Shown here: piece by piece, positions 22,735-34,392 of the stretch
How the letters are laid out: each line of letters begins with the position of its first letter
Numbering within the stretch: position 1 is the stretch's first letter
Assembly: GCA_964035575.1 (NCBI GenBank)
Contig: OZ037844.1
Coordinates: 1 to 64,000 of the forward strand
Reading direction: 5' to 3'
Length of the DNA stretch: 64,000 bases
Source of the DNA: Rhynchopus sp. YZ270_cl-10
Taxonomy: Eukaryota
Program-made: the position numbers and the translations under genes
Notes under the pieces: generated by a model
What the model was told of the DNA's origin: nothing
The model's database searches: none
Seen by the model: the letters and a program-made list of their open reading frames with translations, nothing else

Positions 22735-24522
22735 TAGGGGTCCGTTTTCGATGCATGCACCCCTATCCGAGATAGGGGATACGATACATCGTGGAGGTGA
22801 TGTTACATAAGTCCATCACCGCCCCTGCTGTGCCCATCCTTCTGCTTCTTCTTGAAGAAGCCTCCCAACGTCGTTTGTCGCCCCTTCGAGGTGTCGTGGT
22901 GGCGACGGCAGCAGTGGTCCAGCGCCCGCTTCTCTTGCACGCAGTTCCCGCACCTCGAGAGTCTGTGTGTAGTGCAAGCTTCGTGTCGGATCGGTAACCC
23001 GTCGTCGTCGGAGTCGTGCGCAAAGCAGCAATGCATCAGGTCTGCCTGGGCGTTCTTAGAGCAGGCATCACACTTCGTTTTCCGGTGCAGCACACATATC
23101 GCAAACTGGAAGATCGGAACCGCTCCTTCAGGTGCCTTCACGGGTGCTCATGGTGTCGGTAGCGAGCATGCGCAGATGTCTCCTGTTCAGCCCGCTGGAG
23201 GAATGGTAGTGCCCTCCTGCCCCTAACTTCTGTGGAGGGGTATGCCGTCTCAGCAGAATACTCTGCTGAGGTGGGGTTCATTTTTTTTTTACACAAAGGG
23301 GTTCATTTTTTTTTTACACAAAAAACTATGTTAAGACGAAATCCTACCGATGTGCCTACATGGGGCGTCCCCCGTCAGTAGTGTGCCAGATGAGGGGCAC
23401 GAAGCGAAAAGCGGTCAAAGGTGCAGGCCTGTGTAGCAGCAGGTCTGGAGAGTTGCGGCAACTCGTCTGCTGAGCGTGTGAAGTATCAAGGCAGAGGTTC
23501 GCTGTCCAAGTAAAACCTACCCTGGTCATCCTCTGCCTGTTTTGTTATCTGTCGTGATTGTTTGTGTTTGTGGGCGGGATCAGATGGGTGGAGGGTGTTT
23601 GCTTTTTGTTTAGCTTGGAGAAGGGCCACTCTCGCACACTCCTTGTTATCTATCATCTAGTTTCATTTTTTCATGCATCCCCAAAGTATGTAGACAGAGT
23701 CAAGACCACCTTGGCCAAAAGGGTTTTTTCACCACACTTTTCTTTTGCTTCCATTCGTGGAAGCGTTTGCTTTTCTTCTGTTCCTGGCCTGACGTGTGTT
23801 CAACAGGTGTGCTATTTTTACTGAGTGGAATCCATTTTTCTTTTTCCAGGTGAGGCACTAAAACAAGACATCCTGCAGACAACGAAACAATGGGCACGTG
23901 TGTTTTTTATTCTCCCTTCCCTTCTTTTCAGTAAGGAGGTTTAGGTCTTCTTTTTTTCCTTTTTTTGCCCCATAAGTGTGACGCCTGTGTATTCAAATTG
24001 ATTAAAAAGAATAAAAAACAAACACACGATGCAGTTTCTTGTTTTGTTTAGGAGGAAGTGGCCACTTACTTTACTTTACCGCCCACCTTTTATACTAAAA
24101 CTTGAAACACCGACCTTTTTTGGTCATCATTTTTTCATTTCCTTTTTCCTTTTCCATTTTCCTGTTCATTTTATTGTCTTTATTGTTTACTCCATTCTTC
24201 CTTTTTCCTTTCTTCTATTCTCACATACAAAAAAAGACCAAGTACATAAAAGAGAAAAAAAAAAATACTCTGCTCGTGTTGCGTCGTCGTGTCCAACTCC
24301 GGCGCCCAAGTCCACGGGTAGAGGTCTTCCTGCAGGCGCGGGTTCGCCCCTTCCGGATTGCTCCACTTGGAACGCGTGATGAGGATGCGCACCATCATCT
24401 TCTGCAGGTCTGCAACACGGGCGTAGTCCAAAGGTGTGTCCGGTGTGCACATGCCACAGATAGCGAGACAGTTTGGCCAGGTCGTTCTGTCAATGTCCAA
24501 CAGCAAGGGGTACTCCGCACGA
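22735..24522 (-). mobile_element. Degenerate 3' fragment of a probable LINE inserted in the UBL-LRR paralogue
   Basis: 18-bp TSD ctttttgt(c/t)gtcgtgagg at 22717-22734 and 24523-24540. Coding remnants (WPNCLAICG; Cys/His repeats CVLHRKTKCDAC..HCC and CTTHRLSRCGNC..HCC) with stops. Confidence 0.7.
23268..24263 (+). mobile_element. ~1-kb poly(A) retroposon, copy 2
   Basis: A tail at 24255-24265. 11-bp TSD aatactctgct at 23257-23267 and 24264-24274. Confidence 0.9.
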
Positions 24523-26192
24523 CTTTTTGTTGTCGTGAGGAAAATCGTGTCCCCAGCACTCACTCGCTGCGTCATGTCCGCTCCTTCGTCCATCGCTTCG
24601 TCTCCGAAACTCATGCCAAAGCTGTTTTCAGGCAGCCCCACTGCAGACGCCACCTTCCGCCGCATGTCCTCCACTGTGTCAGCCAGTCATGACACTCACA
24701 ACAGACGACAACAACGCGTTTGTATTCTTTTTGCATGTCCCTATGTAGTAGACAACATCCTCAGGGAAGATGGCGCCACGTAGTATCACTTAAGCAGCGC
24801 CTGCATGATAACTAGTGGAGGGAAGTGGTGGAAAAACACACACGGAACAATCCTCCTCAACACAGGTCCACTTCTACTCTAGGCAAAAACAGCCTAAAAA
24901 CAGGAAAAAGGGGGGAAGAATAAAAGGAGAGGTTGGGGAAAGGAGGGGATGCGTCCAATGAAAATCACGTCAGTAGAAAAATTCGAGAATGTAGGTTTTA
25001 TTATTTTGCGAAGAGTTGTTTCGGGGATTGGTGGAAGGAGGAGCAAACGAATGATCAATAAAATATTACAACAAGAAAATGTGGACTAAACCCGCCTACA
25101 CTGTGGGTTAGCGTTAAAATCAGAAGTTGGATGTGCGCATCCAATCAATCCGTCTTCGAAACTCATCATGGGAAAGGGGAAAACAATCTTTCATGATAGT
25201 TTTTGAAGAAAAAGGTGGAGTAGAAAAGCCGTAACAAAGAATCAAGATGGCATCGTCGCCACCTTGTTGTTGAAAAATACATCAAAAAACACAATGATCT
25301 TGATCGAAAATACAGGAAAAGTGCCTCATTCCAGGTACAGTCTTCTACAAGACTGAGTACAACGCGAACACCCAGGATTCTTTACTGTTTTGCACAAATA
25401 TGCAAACAAAATTATTTTCCCCGAGGTTAAAGTACGTTTGATCACGTCGTCGTGCACATAGTGATTTTCACCCTAAATGGAACTGGAGATTGCACCACGA
25501 ACAAAAAATGAAAAAAAGAAGAGAAATGAAACAGCGCGTGGTCTTTCTCTGTTATCTGTAGACGAAAACTCTGTTGATTCTGAAAAACAGGAGGTAAAAA
25601 AATCGCAAAAAGGAAAAATGAGGGGTTGAAAAAAATGTGGAAAACCTGCTTCCTCATTGGGATGAATAAGGCAGGTTCTCTTTTTTTTCTTTGAAAAAAA
25701 CTTTGAAGTCTTTCTTCTTTTTTTTTGAAAAATATATAAAACCTTGAACAGAAGAACACCAAACCCACCACAATAGGTCTAACCTGTTGTATTGATTAAT
25801 TATGGTGTGGGAGGGGGGCGCGAGAATCGTCTTCGGGTGTACCAAAAGAAGTACACAAGTGCCCGCATATCAAACCGTTTGCGTCTAGTCCTCTACAAGA
25901 CTAAACACAATTACTGCACCAAAAAAAACCATGCGCGGTGCTACCTCTTCGTCACGACCATATTGAAAAGCAGGAAAAGTAGAAAAGCAGAGTCCTAGCT
26001 TGCCTGGGTCAGTGGGTCAAGCTGACCCAAGTGCCTGGGTCGCGACCCACGAAAAAAAAAAAAAAAGGGAATTAATTACTGGGGGGGGGGGGGGCGAATA
26101 AGAGATCAGGGGTGAATAAGAGATCAGGGCCGAAAAGAGATCAGGTTGAGATTTTGGGGTTTTTTTTTTTTTTTTTTTTTTTTTTGCATGCG

Positions 26193-26872
26193 CATGCTGT
26201 CCTCTAAATCGGATTTAGGATTCAGGATTTTCTATAAGAAAATTTTATAAGAAAATTTTATTTTTGCCGGTGAAAAAATTTTCATATGGATATGGGGCAG
26301 TGTCTTTTTTAGGGAGGTCGGAATAATTTCCTGGTAGAACAGTGGTTGAACCACGGGAGTACCCTGGGGAACTGAGTTACTGACCGCACCGTGAAATCCC
26401 AGGCTGTCCCCTAATTTTTTTTGCCTGCGGCGCCATTATTTATTACTTTTTTGCTCCGCAAAAAAGGGTTCGTTGACTGACTCTGTAGTGTAAAAAGCTA
26501 CATTTTACACCGTACCCTATTATTTTTTCGCCTGCGGCGCCATTTTGTGTTATTCCTTTTGCTCCGCAAAAGGAAAATAAAATACAGTTCCCTATGTTTC
26601 CAATGTCTTCGCTGGTCAGAACTGAAAAACATCTTGGGGGAAACACAAACTGACCCCAAAAATCTTGAAATCTGATTCTTGGATAAGGCACTGTGGTGGG
26701 GAGAAAAATGTGACCGCCCCGCACTGCGGGCCTACAACAACAAAAAAAATCTTCTCCTGTTGTGCGCGAAAAATTTTCGCGCGCAGCGCGAAAATTTTTT
26801 TTTCTATAAGAAAATTTTGAGATTTAAAAATCAGAAAAATCCTGATTTTTCCCGGATTTAAGGACATGCTTG
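26193..26872. mobile_element. Third-level nested hAT-like MITE
   Basis: Imperfect TIR catgctgtcctctaaatc / gatttaaggacatgcttg. 8-bp TSD tgcatgcg at 26185-26192 and 26873-26880. Confidence 0.8.
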
Positions 26873-26950
26873 TGCATGCGCCAGGGTTTTATCTTGAAAT
26901 TTTTTTTTGAAATTTTACCCTGTCTACCCGGTCTGGCAAAAAAGTGGTCA

Positions 26951-27661
26951 AAATATTTTGAGAAAAGTTCGATTTCGGCCTCGAAAATTACCGTGACACC
27001 GATTTGTCACGGAATTTTGTCACGGAATTTTTTTGAAAGATTCGATTTCGTGACAAAAAAAAATCGATTTCGTGACAAACCGATTTTTTCATTGACACAC
27101 AAAATTCGATTTCGTGACAAACCGATTTTTTCATTGACAAAAAAAATTCGATTTCGTGACAAATCCAAAAATTCAGTGACAAAAAAATGTCAATGAAAAA
27201 ATGGATTTTGTCAAGGAAACCGAACTTTTTGTCACGGAAAAAGTCGTGACAGAAATGGATTTTGTCAAGGAAACCAAACTTTTTGTCACGGAAAAAGTCG
27301 TGACAGGGCACTGGGTACTGGGTACACTGGATACAAGGATAAAAGTCGTGAAAGAGCAACCACAGCTCCACATGACAAACACAAAAGTGTCCAGTCACGT
27401 GGGGCATGCATGCACTGAGGAGATAATGATCCAACAATTTACAAGAAAGATTACTTAACCTACTGCTGGAAATTGCCAGGTCGTAGTAACACACGAAGTG
27501 TGCCTCCGTTCGGGAAGACCGGATATTCTAGAGATTGTCACGAAATCGAACTTTTTTTGTCACGAAATCGAATCTTTCAAAAAAATTCCGTGACAAAGTA
27601 CCGTGACAAATCGGTGTCACGGGTATTTTCGAGGCCGAAATCGAACTTTTCTCAAATATTT
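26951..27661. repeat. ~130-bp inverted repeat built of cgatttcgtgacaaa units (foldback-like)
   Basis: 26951-27080 is the reverse complement of 27535-27661. The gtgaca/tgtcac motif is repeated throughout. Confidence 0.85.
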
Positions 27662-28349
27662 TTTTTGCCTCCGGCGAAAATGTCTTTTTGCTTTTTTTCC
27701 CCCAAAAATTTTTTTTTATTTCTGGCTCGTCCGTTCGCCTAATAAGAGATGCCACATCTCTTATTCGCCCCCCCCCAGTAATTTGGAAATTGGGAAATTC
27801 TGATTTTTTTCCCTCTTTGGGGGGCCCACCAACTTTTCTGGGGTAAGAAAAAAATATAGACAAAAAAATCCGGCACCGTCCAGGGCTGGACCCAATTTTT
27901 TTTGCCTGCGGCGCCATTTTTCCTTTTTTGCTCCGCAAAAAAGGGTTCGTAGAGTGACTCTGTGGTGTAAAAAGCTACATTTTTACACCGTACCCTAATT
28001 TTTTTCGCCTGCGGCGCCATTTTATATATTTTGTGTTGGGTGATCTATGAACGGGGAGTGATTTTTATGGTTATAGTAGCGTTCCATTTAACGTTGTGAG
28101 CAACTCACTAGTCGTAGTGACCAAAATTTGTATCAGTCAAGAACTTGTCCATTTTTCTGAAATGACCCCACCACAGTGAGGGTAGAGCTCGGAAAACCCA
28201 AAAAAGCCAAGACAAGCCCCCCAAGGCCCAAAACCTCTGCTGACCCAAAAAAAAAATTCTGACCCAGATTTGGCATTTTTTTTCAAAACCAAGCTAGGAC
28301 CCTGTAGAAAAGTAGAACTCAAAAAAAAAAAAAAAAGAGTAGTTGAAAC

Positions 28350-29385
28350 CAGGCCTGTTTCTAAATCCGGTCCCCGTCCCCAGATTTGGGAAAATAAATT
28401 TTTTTCCCGCACTTTTTTTCCCGCCGTCTCTACTGCGTTTTAGGGGTTCACAGGGGCTCAGAGGAGCCCGAGAAAAAATACCACGTGTCTGGATGAGACC
28501 GCTCATGCAAAATAACCAGTTTTTGGGGGAGGGAAAAAAAAGGGGGGGAGGGGTGCCGAATCCAGAACGGCCCCCCACCATCACCAAGTCCCCCTGTGGT
28601 TGAACGGGAGTACCTTGGGGAAGTGGGTTGCTGACCGCACCATCCAGGCTGTACCTCAATTTTTTTTTTGCCTGCGGCGCCATTTTTCATTTTTTGCTCG
28701 CAAAAAAGGGTTCGTTGAGTGACTCTGTGGTGTAAAAAGTTAGATTTACACCGTGCCCTAAATTTTTTTTTGCCTGCGGCGCCATTTTTTTGTATTTTTT
28801 TTGCTCCGCAAAAAAAAATACAGTCCATCTGTTCCCAATGTCTTCCCTGGTCAGCAGCGCCGAAAATTATCTCATGGACCACACTTCGCTGAGGCGGTGC
28901 ACGAACCAATGGTTCATTTTCTTTCAAGTCTGCCTCGATAAAGAAATCTCTGAAACTCATACAGAAAACAGTGGTAGTTTTTCCGAGAGACCACAAAGTG
29001 AGGTGGGCAAACGCCACTTTCGGAGGATTACTGCAGCCCTGGCCAACCTGGAGCCCTCCATCACCGTCGGCACAAGTACCCCCTCCGCCATTCTCCCACA
29101 CTATACGTGAGGACGATTTTGCGCTGCGTATGAGCAAGGGGCCAGCCCATATCAGCTTTGTCTAAAAATCCCTCCACCCATCACCCAAATATGGCCCAGA
29201 TTGTGTTCAAATGGGTCAAATTTTCACAGCGCTTCCCAAATTTGTCATGGAGGCGGGCGCAAAGCGCAAAAAAACCCCGAAAAAGGGCACAAAAATCACA
29301 CAAAAAAGACGCGAAAAGGGCGGGAAAAAAACCGGTCCCCAGCCGAAAAAACCCCGGAAAATAGGCCCGTCACGGTTCAGGCCTG
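28350..29385. mobile_element. Non-autonomous hAT-like element
   Basis: Termini caggcctg. 8-bp TSD gttgaaac at 28342-28349 and 29386-29393. A related empty site occurs at ~50255-50305. Confidence 0.8.
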
Positions 29386-29571
29386 GTTGAAACCTGCTAA
29401 AACGCATCTCAGTCGAGCTCATGCAAAGGGTAACTCCAGCAAAAAAACAAAAATGCGGTGTTTCAAAAAAAAAAAAAAATGGGACCAGAAAAATAGGTCC
29501 ACAAAAAAAAAATCTCAAAAAGTAACAAAGGTGCGAAACATGGTAAAACAAAGTACAAACTAAGGACGGAA

Positions 29572-32500
29572 TCACAACACACCTGCCTGCTGCGCCAGTG
29601 TATAGAAAATACCCTCCTTGTCAGCCGCAAGCTCGTCAAACGTTCCGTACTGCCCCACCTGACCAATGCCCGTTGTCTTGTCTGTGGTCATGACAAGGAT
29701 CTTGTCGGAGTCAACAATGGTGTGCAGCCGGTGTGCAATCGTCAGCACAGTGCAGTGAGCAAAGGCGGACCGCAGTGTCTTCTGGATGAGGGTGTCGGTG
29801 TGCACGTCCACAGAGGCCGTCGCCTCGTCCAGAAGCAGGAAACGTCTGTCCAGCACCAACGCACGCGCGAGGCACAGCATCTGCCGCTGTCCCACCGACA
29901 ATGAGTCGTCCGTCACAGTGACCTCCAGCACACTCTCCCCCGCCTCAGCGCGCTCTGCAAGGTGCTCGTGCAGGTGGCACTTCCGCAACGCCTCTTCCAC
30001 CTGCACGTCTGTCGCTGTGTGGAACGGGTCGATGTTCCTCCGGATCGTCCCCGACAGCAGCACGGGCTCCTGAGGGATGATCGCAAACAGCTTACGCAGG
30101 TCGCGCACGCTGAACTTCGTTGCGTCCACACCATCGATCTTCATGCGGTACCCGCTCTCAGGGTGCATCAGACGGAACAGAGCCTTCAGCAGTGTGCTCT
30201 TCCCACTCCCTGTCCGTCCCACAATGCCGACCTTGTGTCCCGCCTCCACCGTCAGGTTCACGTCTTTCAGTACAAGGGGCAGACCCTCACGGTACCGCAC
30301 AGACATGGACGCAATTTCAAGTTTCCCTGCTGGCGGCTTCCAGTCTTTCTCAGGCGTCGCAACTGCAGCGAGTCTGTCCTCCTCACGCTCCTCAGGCTTC
30401 AGTTCGCAGTACTCAAACACACGTTCCGTCGAGTTCATTGCGAGGTTAAGCCGTTGACGGCTTAACACTACTTGCGAAACCATCAATACCACGAATACTC
30501 CTTCGTAAAGCACAAACCCGATGGACGAAGCGGAGAGCGAATTTCTGGTTGGTATGAGTAAAAGGATCATGGACCCCATCACCACAGCCGACAAGAGAGT
30601 AATGCGGAGACGAACCCACTCAAAGGAGTAGCGCTCAGACATGAACATCGCGTGGTTCACGTCCATGGCCACCACTTGGTCGAAACGCACGCTGCTCTGC
30701 TTCCCGTACGCACGGATCACTGCAAGTCCACGAAGGTTCTCTGCAAATATGTTCGATGCTGGGCTTTTTGTGACGTTGAAGAACCGACGGCACACCAGAC
30801 TGCATTTGTCGCGCCAAGCAGTGAAGACCAATATGCCCAGTACAACTGCCAGAACTGGGATAAAGTATTGCAGCGTAAGGCAGATGATCAACAGGGAAGC
30901 ACAAACTGCGGCGATTAAGACTATAAACTGGAAAAGGTACATCGGCACAGATACGTCCACCCTGTCCCAGTCGTTGGCAAAGCGGGTGAGGATTCTCCCA
31001 ACAGGTGTCGTGTCAAAGAATGACACAGGGCAGGCGAGGGTGGTCAGGAACTCTTTCCTGTACAATTCCAAGCTTGTTCTCGCCGTACCCTTAGCGAACC
31101 ACACCCCAGCAAGATACAGCAGCGTCAGCGAAAACGACACAATACCAGCGTACACAAGAAACCACATGTATGTTGGGCTGTCACCAATAATGTATCCGTT
31201 GTAAAAGAACACCGACTGTTCCACCCCTTCTGTTGTGTACCATCCTGCCCAGATCACCGAGAACTTCTCTCCCAATAAATACAAAGTTATCGCCACAGAG
31301 AACACCACCCAATAAAACCAGCCCCCGAAGTAAGACATGTACTTGATGTAGGTGCTGTACGTCACTGCGCCGTCCTCCAAATCCTCTGCCTCCACAAGCT
31401 CGTGCCGACGCATGAACCCATCCTGCTTGAATGCCGACGTACACGACGCTGTGTTTGCCTCAACCACCACCTCCTCGTCCTCCGCAGCACCAACCTCTCG
31501 CTGGTCGGCGTCCTCCACAGATTTCCGGTACTCTGCACACAGCTGCTCCATCACAGAGCCCTGCCTCGGGTTCGCCACGTCCACAGACTCCAGTGTGTAG
31601 GCATCGCTGCCCTGCACCCGCTCCAGACACAGTACCTTGTCTGCGTGCTTTGCATACTGCAGCTGGTTCGTCACAAGGATGCGTGTCTTCCCCGCAAGGC
31701 GCTTCTGGATCGTCTCCTCGAAGATGTGCAGACCTACGTGTGCGTCAACAGCAGACAGCACGTCGTCCAGCAGGTAGATGTCTGCATCCGAGTACACAGC
31801 ACGCGCAAGGGCGACACGTGCCTTCTGTCCGCCAGAGATGTTGATCCCCTTCTCGCCAATCATCGTCGCGTCGCCGTCAGGGAACTGTGTAGACAGGTCG
31901 TGCAGCAGCGCCACTCCCGCCACAGCAGATTCGTAGTCCTCCCGGCTGCAGCCCTTCGCCGTGCCACGCCTACCCCACTCTACGTTGTCACGGATGCTTC
32001 CACTCAGGATCCATGCTGTTTGCGGGCAGTACGCAACAGACCCACCCACATGCACGTCGCCTGCCGAAGCCGCCACCTCATGCAGCAACCCCTGCAGGAA
32101 CGTAGACTTCCCTGTCCCCACCTTCCCCACAATCACCACCAGCTCTCCACGTGCCGCCTCAAAGTTGATGTCCGCCACACTCTGCCCACCCGACCCCTCT
32201 CCATCCACAGAGCATTCCGCAAAGGGCTCGTTGTTCTGCACCACCGCAGCCTTCTCACGGCGCCACCCAAACATACCCCCCGAGACTGTCACACATCCAT
32301 CCTGCGCAACGTCTGCTTGAGGTGCTGCTTCGTCTCTGCACAGAAAGTTCTGAACGCGCCGGAGTGCACTCAAGGACTGCACAACTGCCCCCAGGATAGC
32401 TGGGAAGAAGCCGATTGTCATACGGAACAGCTGTGTCAAGATGAAGAGGCTGAAGACGTTCTCTGTGTTTACGTCGTCAATCAGCGCGTAGGTAACCAAA

Positions 32501-33876
32501 ATTGCAAACTGGAACATATGTGGTGCAAGCTGTCCAGTAAACCACATCGCAGATGACTTCGTCAGAATCGAACCTATAACCTTGGACTCCGGCACGCGCA
32601 CGGCCATGACTGCTTTGGTGTAGGCTTCTTCCCAGCCGTAGAACTTCACACCACGGATGTTCTCAACGAGCTCGTGCATCACTTTGTTTCTCGCATCTGA
32701 CTTTGCCATGCGTTCACCATAGAGAGCGCTGAATTGAAACATAAAAGTAAACATAAGTGGGAAGACAAGAAGCAATGCAACAAGTCCGACTGCTGCAGGC
32801 CAGCTCACTTCATAGAAAGAGTAGATGACGGTGAAGACAGCTTGTGTGGGTGCGTAAAACGTGATGCTGAGGGTGTTCGATCCCTGCTGGAAGAGCGACT
32901 CAACATCCGCATGGAAAAGAGAGAAGATCTTGCTGTAGCCGCCTGCAGTCTCCCATCCAGAGTGCGACGTCTTCATTGCCTTCTCTGTCATCGCAATAGT
33001 GAGGCAACCACGCACACGCGTCACGATTTCTGCAGCAAGGATGTTCGTCTTCACGAGACAAAAGCTCATAAGAACAACAGAAGCAGTGACGATCCCAGCG
33101 AACATGTACACAACATCCAGGTCTCGTGTTTCGAGCACGAGGGCGTCAATCAAGTACGGCACGGCAATCACAGATGCAAATGGACACATGGACTGCAAAG
33201 CTCCCCAGGCAAGACCTTGGAGGATCTCGGACTTCACATGCTTGAACATTGTGCTGGAAAGGCTCGGTTGCATACTGAGAAGCACCCTAGTGTATGTCTT
33301 CAACACCGACGAGGCACGGAGGTGCTCATCCGCAGCAGGCGGAAGGGATGCAGACGCGACACCGTCAGGTGCTGGACACATGCCTGCTGCACACCGCTCG
33401 CACTCTGGGGCCATTTCCTTGTAGCGTGCGTTCGTCATCTCGAGGACAGCTTCCTGGAACTGCTGCAGGTGAGTGTGGTTGCACAGCACACCACTGTTCA
33501 CCATCGCCTCAATCCCCTGCCAGCGGCTGCTCCCTTCAAACATCACCTGCTTTGCGTCGACCTTGAGCAGAAGGTCCAGCGTCTTCTTGAACGTGTCCTG
33601 CGTGACGTGCTCCTGCGCTTCACTCCACAATTCGTAGAAGCTCCCCATCTGCGCCTCAGCAGATAAGTCCTTCGACACAGGGTCCACGTCGCTCATCGTA
33701 AGCTCCCCGTGGCGTGCCTTCTTCATCAAAGGCTGGATGTGTGTCAGCGTTGCACGGCCAATGGGGTTCGACGCTTCTTCGCATGTCTGGTAGCCTTCGG
33801 GTCTGCACTGGTGAATGGATTCGTGTGGCACGTCGACGACGACGTCCCGTCTCGTTGTCTTGCCGTTGCTTTCCAT
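29572..33876 (-). CDS. ABC transporter, C family (MRP-like), TMD-NBD-TMD-NBD
   Basis: Walker A GKVGTGKS and GRTGSGKS; signatures ISGGQKAR and LSVGQRQ; Walker B YLLDD and LLLDEATA; FFDTTPVGRI. Likely start MESNGK at 33876. Confidence 0.95.
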   Translation of the reverse strand: MESNGKTTRRDVVVDVPHESIHQCRPEGYQTCEEASNPIGRATLTHIQPLMKKARHGELTMSDVDPVSKDLSAEAQMGSFYELWSEAQEHVTQDTFKKTLDLLLKVDAKQVMFEGSSRWQGIEAMVNSGVLCNHTHLQQFQEAVLEMTNARYKEMAPECERCAAGMCPAPDGVASASLPPAADEHLRASSVLKTYTRVLLSMQPSLSSTMFKHVKSEILQGLAWGALQSMCPFASVIAVPYLIDALVLETRDLDVVYMFAGIVTASVVLMSFCLVKTNILAAEIVTRVRGCLTIAMTEKAMKTSHSGWETAGGYSKIFSLFHADVESLFQQGSNTLSITFYAPTQAVFTVIYSFYEVSWPAAVGLVALLLVFPLMFTFMFQFSALYGERMAKSDARNKVMHELVENIRGVKFYGWEEAYTKAVMAVRVPESKVIGSILTKSSAMWFTGQLAPHMFQFAILVTYALIDDVNTENVFSLFILTQLFRMTIGFFPAILGAVVQSLSALRRVQNFLCRDEAAPQADVAQDGCVTVSGGMFGWRREKAAVVQNNEPFAECSVDGEGSGGQSVADINFEAARGELVVIVGKVGTGKSTFLQGLLHEVAASAGDVHVGGSVAYCPQTAWILSGSIRDNVEWGRRGTAKGCSREDYESAVAGVALLHDLSTQFPDGDATMIGEKGINISGGQKARVALARAVYSDADIYLLDDVLSAVDAHVGLHIFEETIQKRLAGKTRILVTNQLQYAKHADKVLCLERVQGSDAYTLESVDVANPRQGSVMEQLCAEYRKSVEDADQREVGAAEDEEVVVEANTASCTSAFKQDGFMRRHELVEAEDLEDGAVTYSTYIKYMSYFGGWFYWVVFSVAITLYLLGEKFSVIWAGWYTTEGVEQSVFFYNGYIIGDSPTYMWFLVYAGIVSFSLTLLYLAGVWFAKGTARTSLELYRKEFLTTLACPVSFFDTTPVGRILTRFANDWDRVDVSVPMYLFQFIVLIAAVCASLLIICLTLQYFIPVLAVVLGILVFTAWRDKCSLVCRRFFNVTKSPASNIFAENLRGLAVIRAYGKQSSVRFDQVVAMDVNHAMFMSERYSFEWVRLRITLLSAVVMGSMILLLIPTRNSLSASSIGFVLYEGVFVVLMVSQVVLSRQRLNLAMNSTERVFEYCELKPEEREEDRLAAVATPEKDWKPPAGKLEIASMSVRYREGLPLVLKDVNLTVEAGHKVGIVGRTGSGKSTLLKALFRLMHPESGYRMKIDGVDATKFSVRDLRKLFAIIPQEPVLLSGTIRRNIDPFHTATDVQVEEALRKCHLHEHLAERAEAGESVLEVTVTDDSLSVGQRQMLCLARALVLDRRFLLLDEATASVDVHTDTLIQKTLRSAFAHCTVLTIAHRLHTIVDSDKILVMTTDKTTGIGQVGQYGTFDELAADKEGIFYTLAQQAGVL

Positions 33877-34392
33877 AATACAAGAATTAGTCTGTGAAGG
33901 TGAGGAGGGTGCTGAGGGTGGGTCTGCAGGTGAAGTAAAAAAAAGTGAGACTTCTGTTTGTTCTGTTGTTATGATTGAGTGGAGGGAGGGAGGAGGGAAT
34001 GCACACACGCTACCCTTCACCCCCCTTAGGTAGTACCGATAAAAAAATTGAACACAAACGAGAACACTCGAATTGGCATCGTTTGAAGACTTTGACTCTG
34101 CGTTGTTGCAAAAGAGTTGCTCTGCTTCCGTTGACCGCTCAAGTGGAGCATATCGAAACACAAGAAACCCGTAAAATGCGTGAAGAGAAAGCAAAAGGAA
34201 AATTTTCATGCGACACAGACACTTTCACGTGCCTCTTTTTTTGATAATTTTTTGGATTAGTGTAACTGCCATTTTGACAGTCTTCATGTTCAGTGAAGCA
34301 CTCTTTTTTTTGGTGCTCCCTACAAAACAAATATTGGGATGCGCAAAATAATATTGCACTTTTTTTACACAATTATAACTGAAAAAGATGCG

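Larger units (their letters stand above)
22400..24690 (-). pseudogene. Paralogue of the UBL-LRR gene split by a nested insertion
   Basis: N-part MEDMRRKVASAVGL..GDTIFLTTTK at 24674-24523. C-part LTTTKRCEAIAALHALGETD..EDPEVACLLLQAEV at 22734-22440. Later frameshifted. Confidence 0.85.
26079..27778. mobile_element. Nested TA-flanked (Tc1/mariner-like) non-autonomous element
   Basis: TIR ctg(n)cgaataagagat / atctcttattcgc(n)ag, with TA on both sides. Confidence 0.75.
25988..28304. mobile_element. Non-autonomous hAT-like DNA transposon (outermost of a nest)
   Basis: TIR cag(a/g)gtcctagcttg. 8-bp TSD tagaaaag at 25980-25987 and 28305-28312. Subterminal gaccc/gggtc motifs. Confidence 0.85.

Noticed and set aside
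23145..23195. Two in-frame TGA codons suggesting TGA=Trp recoding
   Set aside because: They are in a decayed element; intact genes in the window end at TGA, so these are nonsense mutations.
12530..24263. Apparent 11.7-kb composite transposon with 1-kb terminal inverted repeats
   Set aside because: Each repeat has its own A tail and its own TSD, so these are two independent retroposon insertions in opposite orientation.
33877..34209. N-terminal extension of the ABCC ORF (likewise 41888-42001 and 61781-62041 for other genes)
   Set aside because: Low-complexity pyrimidine-rich leader on the coding strand; downstream ATGs give better starts, with signal peptides for the two secreted/membrane proteins.
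34339..34390. Track start 'MRKIIL' of the RT-RNase H ORF
   Set aside because: Upstream of the TSD junction; AT-rich host flank that happens to be in frame.
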